64,000 nt of DNA, taken from the NCBI GenBank assembly GCA_038884175.1, contig JAVZKQ010000001.1, positions 19,170 to 83,169 on the forward strand, read 5' to 3'. This stretch comes from Thermoprotei archaeon. GTDB lineage: Archaea > Thermoproteota > Thermoprotei_A > Marsarchaeales > Marsarchaeaceae. Every line of letters begins with the position of its first letter. Position 1 is the first letter of the stretch. Below the pieces are notes generated by a model. The model did not search any database. It had not been told where the DNA came from and worked only from the letters and a program-made list of their open reading frames with translations. The translations under genes were made by a program, and so were the position numbers. Positions 50,051 to 60,502 of the stretch are shown here, piece after piece.

Positions 50051-50470
50051 TTGATGGTCGAATTCCCAAGTCAGGAGTGGCTGGACAAATATGTGGACGC
50101 TTTGAATAACGACCCTAGTTTCTTTAAACAAACGAAGGGTTGGGTTTGGGTTATACTCTTTGTAGTTGATGAGGGTGAGTTAAGAAGGCCTCGAGGATTT
50201 CTTATAGAGGTTTCAGACGGGGTGTGTCGGCGCCACCAATACCTTGAGGATGCTAGTAAAGTGACAGCCCCATATAGGCTTCTGGGTAGCAAACAGATGT
50301 GGCTGGATCTTATTTCGCGTAAAATCGACCCCACTACGGCTTTGGGTCAAGGCAAAATCCGTGTCATAGCTAATCAGGCAACGCTGGGAAGATTTGTGGA
50401 AGCAGCCAGGGCGCTGTTAGAGCGTATGGCGGGTGTGGGAGCTGGGGATTCTGCAAGCACACCCTGTTAA
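50051..50470 (+). CDS. SCP2 sterol/lipid-binding domain protein
   Basis: FPSQEW...LNND, W.DL...IDPTTAL.QGKIRV. Confidence 0.75.
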   Translation: MMVEFPSQEWLDKYVDALNNDPSFFKQTKGWVWVILFVVDEGELRRPRGFLIEVSDGVCRRHQYLEDASKVTAPYRLLGSKQMWLDLISRKIDPTTALGQGKIRVIANQATLGRFVEAARALLERMAGVGAGDSASTPC

Positions 50471-50518
50471 AATGGTTGCGTCTTTTGCTGCAAATCTTAG
50501 TGCGCTATACACAAACAC

Positions 50519-51535
50519 CTACTGATTCTTCTGTGGTGTGTGTTTTAGGACCGTTAGGATATCATTCATCAACGCGGAAACAGTTTGTTTCCCTGCGCCG
50601 TGACCCACCAAGGTGAGTTCTCCAGCTAAGTCGGATTCAATGTGTATTGAGTTGTGTGTGCCATGCACACATAGGGGGTGGTTGATGGGCACCAATCTTG
50701 GGGCAACCTCAACTATGTGGGTTATTGTCGCCACCAATTTAATCGCGTAGCCAGACTTCTTTGCTAGCCGTACTGCCTCAGCGCTTATATCACCGATACC
50801 CCTCCTTTTCACGTCTCCGAGTTTCACACGTCTACCCATAATGGCGTTTGCCACTATCACGGCCTTACACGCCGCATCATAACCATCTATGTCTATCGAC
50901 GGGTCGCGCTCGGTTAACCCTCTCTCCCTAGCCTCCTTAAGCGCCACTTCGAAGCCGACTTCCTCAAAGTGCATTCTCGACAGGATATAGTTGGTTGTCC
51001 CATTAAGTATACCGAGCATCTTCGTTATACTATCAGCCTGAAGGCATTCGCGCACAAGAGAGAAGAGCGGAACCGCACCTGCAACACTAGCCTCATATAG
51101 AAGCATTACCCCATGTCTCTTGGCCTTCGATTCAAGCTCCCAATAGGAGTGCGCCAAAGCCCCCTTATTCGCAGTCACCACATGGCAACCCATTTTAAGA
51201 GAGTGCTGTATGTGTGTCAAACCTGGTTCGCCGTCAACTATGTTTGTGGGGGTCAATTCTACAACTATATCCGGCGAACACTTGTCCAAGAGTTCTAAGC
51301 TTGTCCCACCCATAGTGTATCCTGGATACTTCTCAAGTCTATCCAACCCGAGGATATCGCCTGGAGGCAGCGCCTGATCCGAACATATATAGCCAGCACT
51401 GTTCGACAGTCCAACCACACGAAAGTGAGGGTCAACGGCTTTAATCGTATCCCATTTTTCGGCGAGGCTTTTTAAAAGGTTCCTCCCTAGAAATCCGTAA
51501 CCGATTATGGCCAAATCCATGCTGCTACACCCCAC
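50519..51535 (-). CDS. hom: homoserine dehydrogenase
   Basis: GYGFLG, VVTANKG, EASVAGAVP, GILNGTTNYIL, DIDGYDAACK. Confidence 0.93.
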   Translation of the reverse strand: MGCSSMDLAIIGYGFLGRNLLKSLAEKWDTIKAVDPHFRVVGLSNSAGYICSDQALPPGDILGLDRLEKYPGYTMGGTSLELLDKCSPDIVVELTPTNIVDGEPGLTHIQHSLKMGCHVVTANKGALAHSYWELESKAKRHGVMLLYEASVAGAVPLFSLVRECLQADSITKMLGILNGTTNYILSRMHFEEVGFEVALKEARERGLTERDPSIDIDGYDAACKAVIVANAIMGRRVKLGDVKRRGIGDISAEAVRLAKKSGYAIKLVATITHIVEVAPRLVPINHPLCVHGTHNSIHIESDLAGELTLVGHGAGKQTVSALMNDILTVLKHTPQKNQ

Positions 51536-51536
51536 T

Positions 51537-52004
51537 CTAGATGGGTTTGAGTAGTGTTAGCCCGTATCTATCACACACTTGCTCCAACCTGCTTAATAGT
51601 TCCTCAACCTCTTTTTCGGAGGCTTCCAAGTCAATTTTAACACACTTCTGCTTGGACGATGAATCCGAAAACTCCAATCTAACCACGCTAAGCGTATCCA
51701 AATACCCGAATAGTTCGTTGAATGATATATTACCTATCACCATGGCTGTAAGGCTCGACTTCCTGAACACCTCTTTGACTTCGAGCACCTCGACCCCACT
51801 CCTCCTAGCTTCGTTTAGCATGGCACCGATTTGTAGTGTGTCTGGAAACTCGATCACAACGCTAACAGGCACATATAATTCGCCAACCCTTTCTCTCTCG
51901 TGGATGATTGACACTATGTTTCCACCCATCTTCGCTATTGGCTCAAGCACCCTGAGGAGTTGTCCAGGTGTGTCTGGAAGCGCAAACGTTATACTATAAC
52001 GCAT
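51537..52004 (-). CDS. ACT-domain protein (stand-alone regulator of homoserine dehydrogenase)
   Basis: LPDTPGQL..VLEPIAKMGGNIVSIIHER; adjacent to hom. Confidence 0.85.
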   Translation of the reverse strand: MRYSITFALPDTPGQLLRVLEPIAKMGGNIVSIIHERERVGELYVPVSVVIEFPDTLQIGAMLNEARRSGVEVLEVKEVFRKSSLTAMVIGNISFNELFGYLDTLSVVRLEFSDSSSKQKCVKIDLEASEKEVEELLSRLEQVCDRYGLTLLKPI

Positions 52005-52143
52005 ACGCCAATTAACCCTTGACGTTTTCTTATGGTTTACTGTTCCGAAACCGCTAGGGCAACCACTTTCTTATAGGCGTCCAAACCTTACCAGCTTAAC
52101 GGTAGACAAGCTTATTTTAGAGATTTGCTTAATCCAATAGGAC

Positions 52144-53466
52144 ATGGGAATTAAACCCACACTGGATGACGCACCACTAGCTAGGTTTCACTGGGTTTTA
52201 TCAAGCCTCGCAGCGATGGGCCCTTTTATCGACGGGTACGACCTGTCGGTGGTTTCCTTCCAAGCCTTAGTGATCTCTAGCGTATTCCACTTCTCGGCCA
52301 AATCGAATCCGCTATTATACGGTCTGCTACTTACAAGCGCCCTTATAGGTATGGCGATTGGCGGGGTGAGCTTCGGGTGGCTTGCGGACAGATTGGGGAG
52401 GAAGACGATGTTCATAGTGGACCTGTTATTCTTTATCGTTTTCACAACACTCTCAGGTCTAGCTCAAAACATCTACCAGGTTATTATCTTTAGGATGCTG
52501 ATGGGCATAGGGTTGGGTGCAGACTATCCGATAAGTTCGGCTCTAATATCCGAGTTCGCACCCACGAAGAGACGTGGAGCTCTACTCATGTATGGGATAA
52601 TGTTTTATTGGCTTGGCACACTGTTTGCTGGCATAGTAAACTACTTGACGCTCGGCCTCGGCGTAGGTTTAGCTTGGCGTATATCATTTATAGTTGGTGC
52701 TGTGATAGCTGTCCCCGTGGTAGCCGCACGCGGTGTGATGCCCGAATCAGTCAGGTGGCTGGCCAGAAACAACAGGCTGGATAGGGCGAATAGGGTTGCT
52801 GAAAGCCTGAGTGTGAGGGTAGCCCAGACCGCGCGCACCGTAAGACAGTCCACAAAAGACCTTTTCAGCCGATATTGGAAGGCTACGCTTTTCGTGCTCA
52901 CAGCTTGGTTCGCGTTTGACGTAGGCTCATATGGCCTGGGTTTTTATACCGCTACACTCTATAGAGAGTACGGTATAAACACTCTGAGCCGTATAGCACT
53001 GTTCGGAGTGATTACTGCACCATTCCCCATACTCGCCTACCTAGCACTGATGGCCATGGTCGATCGGGTTGGGCGTAGGAAGCCCATGCTCATAGGACTT
53101 GCGGTTATGGCCGCTGTGCTTATAGTGTTACCAGGCCTGATTGTGCGAAACCCGCTCACCCTGCTTCCGCTCTTTATAATCTACGCCTCCATGGAGCAAT
53201 GGCCCGGCGGACTGCTCAGCTTCGCATACTCAACAGAACTCTTTCCAACTGAGATAAGGGGTTTCGCACAAGGTCTTGGGACAACTGTAAGCAGGATTGG
53301 CGCAGTGCTAGGAGTGCTCCTATTTCCAATAATATCTCAGAGCGGCTTGGTTTATGGCACAACATTCTTCTTGGCTTTCATAATCTTAGCCTTCGTCTTA
53401 TCGTACCTATTGGCTCCAGAAACACGACAGATCCCCCTCGACGAGTTAAGTAAGCCGTCACAATAG
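52144..53466 (+). CDS. MFS sugar-porter-like transporter
   Basis: DGYDL, ADRLGRK, GADYP..SEFAP, PESVRW, ELFPTEIRG, PETR. Confidence 0.92.
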   Translation: MGIKPTLDDAPLARFHWVLSSLAAMGPFIDGYDLSVVSFQALVISSVFHFSAKSNPLLYGLLLTSALIGMAIGGVSFGWLADRLGRKTMFIVDLLFFIVFTTLSGLAQNIYQVIIFRMLMGIGLGADYPISSALISEFAPTKRRGALLMYGIMFYWLGTLFAGIVNYLTLGLGVGLAWRISFIVGAVIAVPVVAARGVMPESVRWLARNNRLDRANRVAESLSVRVAQTARTVRQSTKDLFSRYWKATLFVLTAWFAFDVGSYGLGFYTATLYREYGINTLSRIALFGVITAPFPILAYLALMAMVDRVGRRKPMLIGLAVMAAVLIVLPGLIVRNPLTLLPLFIIYASMEQWPGGLLSFAYSTELFPTEIRGFAQGLGTTVSRIGAVLGVLLFPIISQSGLVYGTTFFLAFIILAFVLSYLLAPETRQIPLDELSKPSQ

Positions 53467-54128
53467 TGATTACTAGTATCGGTGTGTACCCCTCTCTGTA
53501 GAGCATAAATGGTTGTTGCATCCCAGAGTAGTGGATCACCCATCCATAGCCAATCAACGCCTTCTAGTTTTTGCAAACCTGTCTTCCCTACAGAGGCTGA
53601 TTTTGATGTCCGCTGGTACACAACGGGTTTGCTGAGGCCTATGTGACCTGAACCATGCTGTCGGTTTGTTCAAAACCTACCTTGGAGGTTTAAGCCATAG
53701 TTTGGGTAGCTTGGATTAAAATTCTAACTCGCACGGTGTAACCCATATGTTATCTAGTGTGCTTTTAAGCGTGTCGAGCATGATGAGGTCGTCTAATACC
53801 CAAACCAAATGATTATATCAACGGAAACCCCGCAAGATGTGTGATCACAAGTCCGCATTAACACAATAAGGATTCCAGCGTGGACTTATAGAGGAAAACC
53901 TGTCAATAAACGCGGATCAAAATACACTTATGAGAAGCTAGGCTTACATGTGTACATTTGAGAGGCGTGCGTTCGACCACGGTGACGCCGACAAGCTTTG
54001 ATGGGCCACTCTTCATGGGTGCGCTTTGTATAAAGCGTAGTGCTCCTAACCTGCCAGTGTGGGGGCGGCTGAACGTGCGCTCAAATAAACTTTTGTTTCC
54101 CCACCCTATAATATTAGGAGGGTATTCC

Positions 54129-54467
54129 GTGAGTACTGGGTGTGTGTTCTGCAGGATTATCTCAGGTGGGCTTCCCAGTTCGCGTGTTCATGAGTCAGAG
54201 AACTTCTTGGTTATAAGGGACATCAACCCAGTGGCTCCAGTCCACCTATTGGTTATACCTAAGAAACACGTCGAGTCGGTGTTGGAAGTGGCCGATGACT
54301 TCCCAGCCCAAGAGTTATTTGGCGTTGTAAAACACGTGGTCGAGCAGGAGGGTTTGAGAAGAGGTTTCAGGCTAGTGGTCAACACGGGGGTTGAAGCGCA
54401 GCAGAGTGTGCCCCACTTCCACCTCCACATTTTGGGTGGTAGGAGCTTCACTTGGCCTCCAGGTTGA
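54129..54467 (+). CDS. HIT family (Hint-like) hydrolase
   Basis: CVFCRI, DINPVAPVHLLVIPKKH, QSVPHFHLHILGG, WPPG; start GTG 54129. Confidence 0.92.
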   Translation: MSTGCVFCRIISGGLPSSRVHESENFLVIRDINPVAPVHLLVIPKKHVESVLEVADDFPAQELFGVVKHVVEQEGLRRGFRLVVNTGVEAQQSVPHFHLHILGGRSFTWPPG

Positions 54468-55670
54468 TTAGAACGCCCTGGGCAGTATTATGAGTGTGAG
54501 AATCAACCCGAATATCACCGCAGATAAAAGCTGTGTAGCGCTTTCAGCCTTCTGTTTGGACTTATACACCTTTAAGAATACCTCCCTTATTACTTGGCCA
54601 CCGTCGAGGGGTGCGGCAGGTAACGCATTAAAGACTGCGAGATTTATGTTTACCCACCACAACCAAAATAAGGTATTGGAAATACCCACCCAGCCGGGTA
54701 TACTCGAAGTATAGAGTGTTTGGGTGCTTGGGTTGAGTGGTGTTGGTTCAATGGTTGCGGGTACAAAGTATACGAGTGGGTTTGAAGGGTGCAACCATTC
54801 GTCTAGTGTTGATTGAGGCTGGAAGGGTATGAAGCCTAGGAGGGCTATAGACGTGTTTGCTGGGTTGGCCTCCAGAACAGCGTACACCGTTCTCCCATCC
54901 GCGAGCACCACGGAGACATTCTCTCCAGGCCTTAGAACCGTTTCTTCCAGCTTTGATAGCGTCGTGGTGTTGGGTATAAGGTAGCCTTGTATCTCTTTTA
55001 TAACGTCCCCAGGCTTAATACCAGCGTGCTGGGCCGGGGAGTTCGCTTCAACCGAATATACCGCCACACCACTAGTCGCGAGTGCGCTGGCGTGAACCGT
55101 GGGCATGATTATGAGCACGAGTACGGCAAGCGCTATGAGTGCGAGTGTCACGTTTGAGGTTACACCCGCCGTAAACACCTCCATTTTCTGGGAAAACCCG
55201 CTCGCTTCGAGCTCGCTTTCAGATGGTCTCACAAACGCGCCTAAAGGTATAAACAGGAAGAGTATAACACCGGCGCTCTCCACACTTATATTCCTCCTCC
55301 AAGCCATCACACCGTGGCTTACTTCGTGCACGCTCACGGCCACTACAAGCCCGATCAAACCGTATAGTAGGGGTACAAATGGGTTAACACCCGGTATAAG
55401 GAGGTAGCTCTGGATTGGTAGGCTCCCTTCAGCCTGCCTCACGGCTTGGCTGAAAATATTCGCTACAAGCGTGCTGAGTAAGAGGTAGAAAGCAAACAAT
55501 AGTAGTCCTATAAACACGGGAACGCCAAGGTAGGCCAATATCTTAGTGGCCCTATATTTTGAGATTCGTCTAATAAACTTAGCTGCACGCGTGCTTTCGA
55601 TTGTCAGCAGACCATAGTTGAAACTGACACTACTTCTGGCTTTTTTTGAAGTAGGGTTCTCTGAGCTCAC
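54468..55670 (-). CDS. site-2 protease (M50) with PDZ domain
   Basis: HEVSH, AGVTSN, NSPAQHAGIKPGD, FNALPAAPLDGG. Confidence 0.92.
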   Translation of the reverse strand: MSSENPTSKKARSSVSFNYGLLTIESTRAAKFIRRISKYRATKILAYLGVPVFIGLLLFAFYLLLSTLVANIFSQAVRQAEGSLPIQSYLLIPGVNPFVPLLYGLIGLVVAVSVHEVSHGVMAWRRNISVESAGVILFLFIPLGAFVRPSESELEASGFSQKMEVFTAGVTSNVTLALIALAVLVLIIMPTVHASALATSGVAVYSVEANSPAQHAGIKPGDVIKEIQGYLIPNTTTLSKLEETVLRPGENVSVVLADGRTVYAVLEANPANTSIALLGFIPFQPQSTLDEWLHPSNPLVYFVPATIEPTPLNPSTQTLYTSSIPGWVGISNTLFWLWWVNINLAVFNALPAAPLDGGQVIREVFLKVYKSKQKAESATQLLSAVIFGLILTLIILPRAF

Positions 55671-55762
55671 ATATAACTTGGCTTACGGTAAAACTTAAGG
55701 TTGCCGAGTTTCATTTCGGTAATGCTTATCTACTTTTTACCGAAAAATATAGATGTGAACAA

Positions 55763-56086
55763 GTGGCCATGTCTACAAAAAAGCAGCGTGGTGTTGTGAA
55801 CAGGCTTCTTACACTTGCGTTCAGGCAGGAAGTGTTTATAACGGCTGTGAACGCGATTGTGGGGTGGATTATCTATAACGTGTTAATCGACATATACGGC
55901 TTCAGCTGGCTTCACGCAGCGGTGTTCGGCGTAATTGGATACGTGGGTCAAGTTTTAATGTTCAGGTGGATGCTTTCATTTATGCGCCAAATAGAGGAGG
56001 AGGCGGAGATCCGCATAGAGAAGCAGAGAAAACTAACAGATTTTTTAAAACAGGAGGAAAATGCACCCCAAGAAAAACAGACATAG
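55763..56086 (+). CDS. small 2-TM hypothetical protein with PIP-box-like motif
   Basis: Two hydrophobic helices then a charged tail containing QRKLTDFL. Confidence 0.7.
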   Translation: MAMSTKKQRGVVNRLLTLAFRQEVFITAVNAIVGWIIYNVLIDIYGFSWLHAAVFGVIGYVGQVLMFRWMLSFMRQIEEEAEIRIEKQRKLTDFLKQEENAPQEKQT

Positions 56087-56189
56087 CCACACATTCGGTG
56101 TGCAATAACCACCGTTATACCCCACTATAATTGTGGCATCCATAAAGCAGAACACTTTCAATACGGTGCTTATTTCGGTATAAATACAT

Positions 56190-56567
56190 ATGTGTGATGT
56201 GAATGCTCACACAAGTGATTCAGTTGATGAGTTAGACATAGTTAGTCTAGTCCAGCATGCGGCAAGGGTAATGATGGACAGGTTAGAAAGGCGTAAATAT
56301 GTAAAGCTTGAGAGGTTTGCGCGGGGGGACCAGAAAGCTCTAAAACACGATTTAAATATCAAGGTTGATCTATCCAAACCCATAGATGTGGACGGCTTAT
56401 CAGTCAGGGTTCTACTGGGGGTTGCGGCCTCGCTTAGCCTTGCACACGATGTTGTAGTGGGTGTGGCCGCTATACGTGCACGTCAGCTATACAATGCAGC
56501 CAAGGCTGGAAATATAGTGGGTGTTAAGTTTAAAGGGGCACACCGACTTCTAGGCCGAAATCGGTAA
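56190..56567 (+). CDS. hypothetical protein
   Basis: 125-aa ORF filling the gap; no recognised motif. Confidence 0.5.
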   Translation: MCDVNAHTSDSVDELDIVSLVQHAARVMMDRLERRKYVKLERFARGDQKALKHDLNIKVDLSKPIDVDGLSVRVLLGVAASLSLAHDVVVGVAAIRARQLYNAAKAGNIVGVKFKGAHRLLGRNR

Positions 56568-57053
56568 AGCCCTCTTCTCGGTTGCGTCTACCCCCCATTG
56601 CTCCAAGTTACGGATGTCCGCCTTAAAACTCTGTGAAAGGTTCCGCTTAATTTGCAATGCCACGAGCCACTCATAGAGTGGGTGAAGTTTGGACTGAAAC
56701 ATAAAGTGCCAAGTCTTTGTGACTAGTGTGCCCTGGCGCACGGGGCGTAGAACATATCTTATGAGCGCTGGGTCAGCTTTGAACATCGGCTGGCTAATAT
56801 TGGTGATTGAAAACTCTACTACACGTTCTGGGTTTAGAATGGCTACCCCCTCAAATATTGTGGGTTTGCCAAGGAGTCTATACTCAGCCCTAAAATTCAG
56901 CTTGTTGCCCAGTTTGTTTATAACCTGGAAATTGGACCAGTTGGGTTGGCTCCTATTCTTCTCGAACACCCACAAGTAAAATTCGAAGGCCTCCATTGGT
57001 TCCAATTCTAGAATTGCACTTGAGCGCACAAACAAATGGGTCCCCATAAACAT
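56550..57053 (-). CDS. hypothetical protein, possibly SRPBCC/START fold
   Basis: Size and pattern (YVLRPVRQGTLVT, terminal amphipathic helix). Confidence 0.55.
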   Translation of the reverse strand: MFMGTHLFVRSSAILELEPMEAFEFYLWVFEKNRSQPNWSNFQVINKLGNKLNFRAEYRLLGKPTIFEGVAILNPERVVEFSITNISQPMFKADPALIRYVLRPVRQGTLVTKTWHFMFQSKLHPLYEWLVALQIKRNLSQSFKADIRNLEQWGVDATEKRALPISA

Positions 57054-57104
57054 CCGTGTTTTGGGATATAAATCCTTCGGGTATGATTCTATTTAAAGGC
57101 CTCT

Positions 57105-58409
57105 TTAGGCTCTGAGTGTTTGGCTCAGTTTCTCTGCCGTTTCCACCGCCTTCTTGTACATAGTCTGGGTGATGTGCCCCTTGTGTATCGCGTCCTCTAA
57201 CTGCTCTCTGTCAACTATTTTCACTTGGCTTCCAGACTTGACTACGTCGACGTATAGGTCTATGTATCTTATATACACCTTTGAGGCTTCGGGGGGTGTG
57301 CATATGTTGGCGTACTTGCCAATTTCCGCCCCGTCACGCCTAAAATAGGTTGTGACATAGTACCATTCACCCAGTTTAAATTCTGTTATAGCGTAATCGC
57401 CAACACGCTTCTCAACATTTAGGCCGTCGTATTCCCCCCTAGACTTGATTGGCCGTCTAACTATTATTGTGCTCTCATCGCTGTGTAGTACGCGTCCAGA
57501 CGATAGCTCAGTATCGTTCCCCTCAGGCTTCATATGGAAGATCTTTACTTCCTCCCCGCTTCGAGGGTAAACCCCCTTCACAACAGTATCCATCAACCGC
57601 TCGTCTATTTTATCTGGAATGTACTCTCTGATGGACTCTGCAAAGTAAACCAGAGCTGAGTACTCTGGGCCAAGAGACTTCAAATAGTGGTGACCAGATA
57701 TTGTTGGCGTAATCTTGGAGCGCCAATCGTCGAGCAACTTTTTGGCTTCTAAGCCAAACACGAGTTCCACGTAATCTTTCCCTGATAGCACACACCTACC
57801 CTCGGGTATTTCTGGTGATGCAAACATCTCCTCAAGGTCACTCGCTTTAGCGGCCACATTGGTGTTTTCCTCATCGCTAGCTCGTCTACGCCACCTCCAA
57901 CCGTCTGGTAGAGGTGGCTCCTCGATGAGTCTAGCGGTTCGCTCAGCCTCCGCGCCACCAAACCTAACCCTCACAGCGGATGTTACGAGAAGCTTAGAGA
58001 CGCTCCTCGCATAACCAGTAACCTGAACCAGTCCAACACTATCCCCCCTAGTTTTAAGCAATCCCTTATGCCCCTCTAGTTCAAGGATTATACCGTTCCT
58101 AATCCTCTCAACTATGCTTGGCTTAAACACCGCCCCATAAACCTTCGGCAAATAGAATTGTGCCACCGTGCCAAGCTCCTGAACAATTGTGTCTGCCACC
58201 GTCTTCGCTTGATCGCCTATCAATATGACGCCCTGCCACCTCGACATGTCCTTTATAACTACATCAGGTTCATCTTTAGAGGTGCCTGCGCCACCCAATC
58301 TCTCTACAAGCGTGTTTGTGAGCCTCGTGGGTTGGTAACCCCTGTCAAGAAGCAGTTTGGAGAGCGCCGACGAATATATCCCACTTATTGTGAACTTCAC
58401 AATGCTCAT
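57105..58409 (-). CDS. fau-1: FAU-1 AU-rich RNA-binding protein / probable ribonuclease (DUF402)
   Basis: ISGIYSSALSKLL, TISGHHYLKS, GEYDGL, YANICTP, YIDLYVDVV. Confidence 0.87.
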   Translation of the reverse strand: MSIVKFTISGIYSSALSKLLLDRGYQPTRLTNTLVERLGGAGTSKDEPDVVIKDMSRWQGVILIGDQAKTVADTIVQELGTVAQFYLPKVYGAVFKPSIVERIRNGIILELEGHKGLLKTRGDSVGLVQVTGYARSVSKLLVTSAVRVRFGGAEAERTARLIEEPPLPDGWRWRRRASDEENTNVAAKASDLEEMFASPEIPEGRCVLSGKDYVELVFGLEAKKLLDDWRSKITPTISGHHYLKSLGPEYSALVYFAESIREYIPDKIDERLMDTVVKGVYPRSGEEVKIFHMKPEGNDTELSSGRVLHSDESTIIVRRPIKSRGEYDGLNVEKRVGDYAITEFKLGEWYYVTTYFRRDGAEIGKYANICTPPEASKVYIRYIDLYVDVVKSGSQVKIVDREQLEDAIHKGHITQTMYKKAVETAEKLSQTLRA

Positions 58410-58510
58410 ATAAAACAAAAAAACTTTGTTCTATAAGTGTTTCGATGCACTGAGGTTTACAGGCGCTACGAGCTTTGGGCTTATTCCTTGAGTACTCAAT
58501 ACAATGTGGC

Positions 58511-59692
58511 CTAGAATTTTTCTGGCCAGTTCTTCCGTAGGTAGTCCTCTATTCTGTTAAGCCCTTCTTCAAGGTTTTTCATCGACGCGGCGAAGCTTAT
58601 TCTGAGGTGCCCTCTTCCACGCTCCCCGAAACCTGAGCCGTGCACCGTAACAACATGAGCGCGCCTGATGAGCTCCTTTGCGAGCGTTTTATCATCGGTT
58701 GTGTAAGCGCTAAAGTCTGGGAAAACGTAGAAGGCCCCACTTGGGGCGGCCACATTCAAGTGTGGTATTTCCATTAACCTCTTCACCACGTACTCCCTTC
58801 TCTTAGAGAATTCTTGAACCATCCGCTCAACACTATCCTTCGCTCCTGTGATCGCCGCGAGTGCAGCATATTGGCTCACACTTGGTGGACATATAACTGT
58901 TGCGCGGTGTATCTCTTGGATTTTGGGGGTGAGCTCGCTGGGCGTTGCAAGGTAGCCGATCCGCCAACCTGTCATAGCGTAGGATTTACTAAACCCATTC
59001 TGAGTTATGGTCCTGTCCTGCATCCCTGGTAGGGAGCCTATAGAGTAGTGGGTGCGGCCGTCGTACACTATGTACTCGTATATTTCATCAGAGATTACTA
59101 GGAGGTCGTGTTTGATCGCTATTTCCGCTATACCCTTAAGTTGGTCTAAGCTTTGGACGCCACCTGTAGGGTTGTTGGGTGAAACGATAACTATAGCCTT
59201 TGTTTTGTTTGATACTGCTTTATCCACATCCTCGGCCATCAGTTGAAAACCGTCTGCAGGTCTTAGCGGTACGAACACTGGTTTAGCCCCCCGTAGCCAA
59301 ATGTTCTGTGTATATGAGGGATAGTAGGGGTCGCTGACTATGACTTCATCCCCCCGATTTAGGATTGCTTGGGTCACAACCGATATCCCCTCTTGGCTTC
59401 CGCTAACCACTGTTATATCTTCTGCAGCATAGTTGAGTTTATTCTCCAGCCTCAGCTTTCTAGCTATGGCTTCACGTAACTCGAATATCCCCGAGTCGGG
59501 CGTATAGTGGGTTTTGCCGGACTGTATCGCTTCTATCGCCTTCTCCCTGATGTGGCCCGGCGTGTCGAAGTCTGGTTCACCAATATTTAGGTAAACCATA
59601 TCCTCAGCCTTGTATGCGCTCGCATACTTCGCTATCTCCATTATACTATATTCTGGAACACTCCTCGCGGGTTCACTTAGCCATCTTGACAT
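58511..59692 (-). CDS. class I PLP aminotransferase (aspartate aminotransferase-like)
   Basis: GEPDFDTP, SPNNPTG, SDEIY, FSKSYAMTGWRIGY. Confidence 0.93.
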   Translation of the reverse strand: MSRWLSEPARSVPEYSIMEIAKYASAYKAEDMVYLNIGEPDFDTPGHIREKAIEAIQSGKTHYTPDSGIFELREAIARKLRLENKLNYAAEDITVVSGSQEGISVVTQAILNRGDEVIVSDPYYPSYTQNIWLRGAKPVFVPLRPADGFQLMAEDVDKAVSNKTKAIVIVSPNNPTGGVQSLDQLKGIAEIAIKHDLLVISDEIYEYIVYDGRTHYSIGSLPGMQDRTITQNGFSKSYAMTGWRIGYLATPSELTPKIQEIHRATVICPPSVSQYAALAAITGAKDSVERMVQEFSKRREYVVKRLMEIPHLNVAAPSGAFYVFPDFSAYTTDDKTLAKELIRRAHVVTVHGSGFGERGRGHLRISFAASMKNLEEGLNRIEDYLRKNWPEKF

Positions 59693-59758
59693 AATTAGAA
59701 GATATAGAGCAAAACTATAAGCCTATCCAGGTAGCACAACGATAGGATGGCTCCCCCA

Positions 59759-60457
59759 CTATAATGTGTCCTCATTGTCGTGTAGATAGTCTGTGAGTTT
59801 TGCGTTTGTGTCTGTTGGGGAAATTTGGGTGAGGGCTACACGCTTTATGTTTTTGGCGGCCGAAGAGCCGACGAGCGAGGCCAGCCTCTCTTCAGATGCC
59901 TGCAGCACAGCGAGCAAGTTTGGGAAGGCATTCATCAGCCTTTCGGCACGCTTAGCACCCACCGAAGGTATGGCTGTGAGCACGTCGAAAACTTGGCGGT
60001 GAACCGACTGATTCTTCGGCTTCCTTTTGATCATTGGCTCATAGCCCAACCAACTACCTTTCGCTTCGGCAGCAAGCCACTTTAAAAAGTGCGCCCCCTC
60101 CTCATTCGAGCCAAGAATAACCAGGTTGACACCACCTAAACAAGCTAGGGCCAACCTAGAGTACACCAAGCCTGGGTTGGGAGCTCTGCTCACAGCTTCA
60201 CTGAGACCACCTACAACTAGGAGCACACTGTGTGGATACGCCTGTTTTAATCGTTCTACCTGGTCCGAGAATCGCCCATCCAGAATGCTGGCAACAAGAT
60301 CAGTCGCTGACTTCCTTTCAACAGCCACCGTGTTTGAGACAATATAGTCACCCACACTCAGGTTGGTGTAGGCAGGCTCCACACCTAGCTGTACTAGTAG
60401 GCCTACAAAGTAAGAGTCCTTCTCCCTATAATCGGCAACTATGCGGTGTTTAACCAA
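59759..60457 (-). CDS. xpf: short XPF/ERCC4 flap endonuclease
   Basis: ADYRE, GDY, VERKSATD, HhH IPSVGAKRA, C-terminal PIP-like KLTDYL. Confidence 0.88.
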   Translation of the reverse strand: MVKHRIVADYREKDSYFVGLLVQLGVEPAYTNLSVGDYIVSNTVAVERKSATDLVASILDGRFSDQVERLKQAYPHSVLLVVGGLSEAVSRAPNPGLVYSRLALACLGGVNLVILGSNEEGAHFLKWLAAEAKGSWLGYEPMIKRKPKNQSVHRQVFDVLTAIPSVGAKRAERLMNAFPNLLAVLQASEERLASLVGSSAAKNIKRVALTQISPTDTNAKLTDYLHDNEDTL

Positions 60458-60502
60458 TTCAACATTAATGTCTACTTGGCGCGAAAAAAGGTTTTGTAGA
60501 TC

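Noticed and set aside
53780-53830. Possible C/D box sRNA (ATGATGA...ATGATTA)
   Set aside because: No CTGA D boxes at proper guide spacing; similar weak hits near 18040 and 41075 fail the same test.
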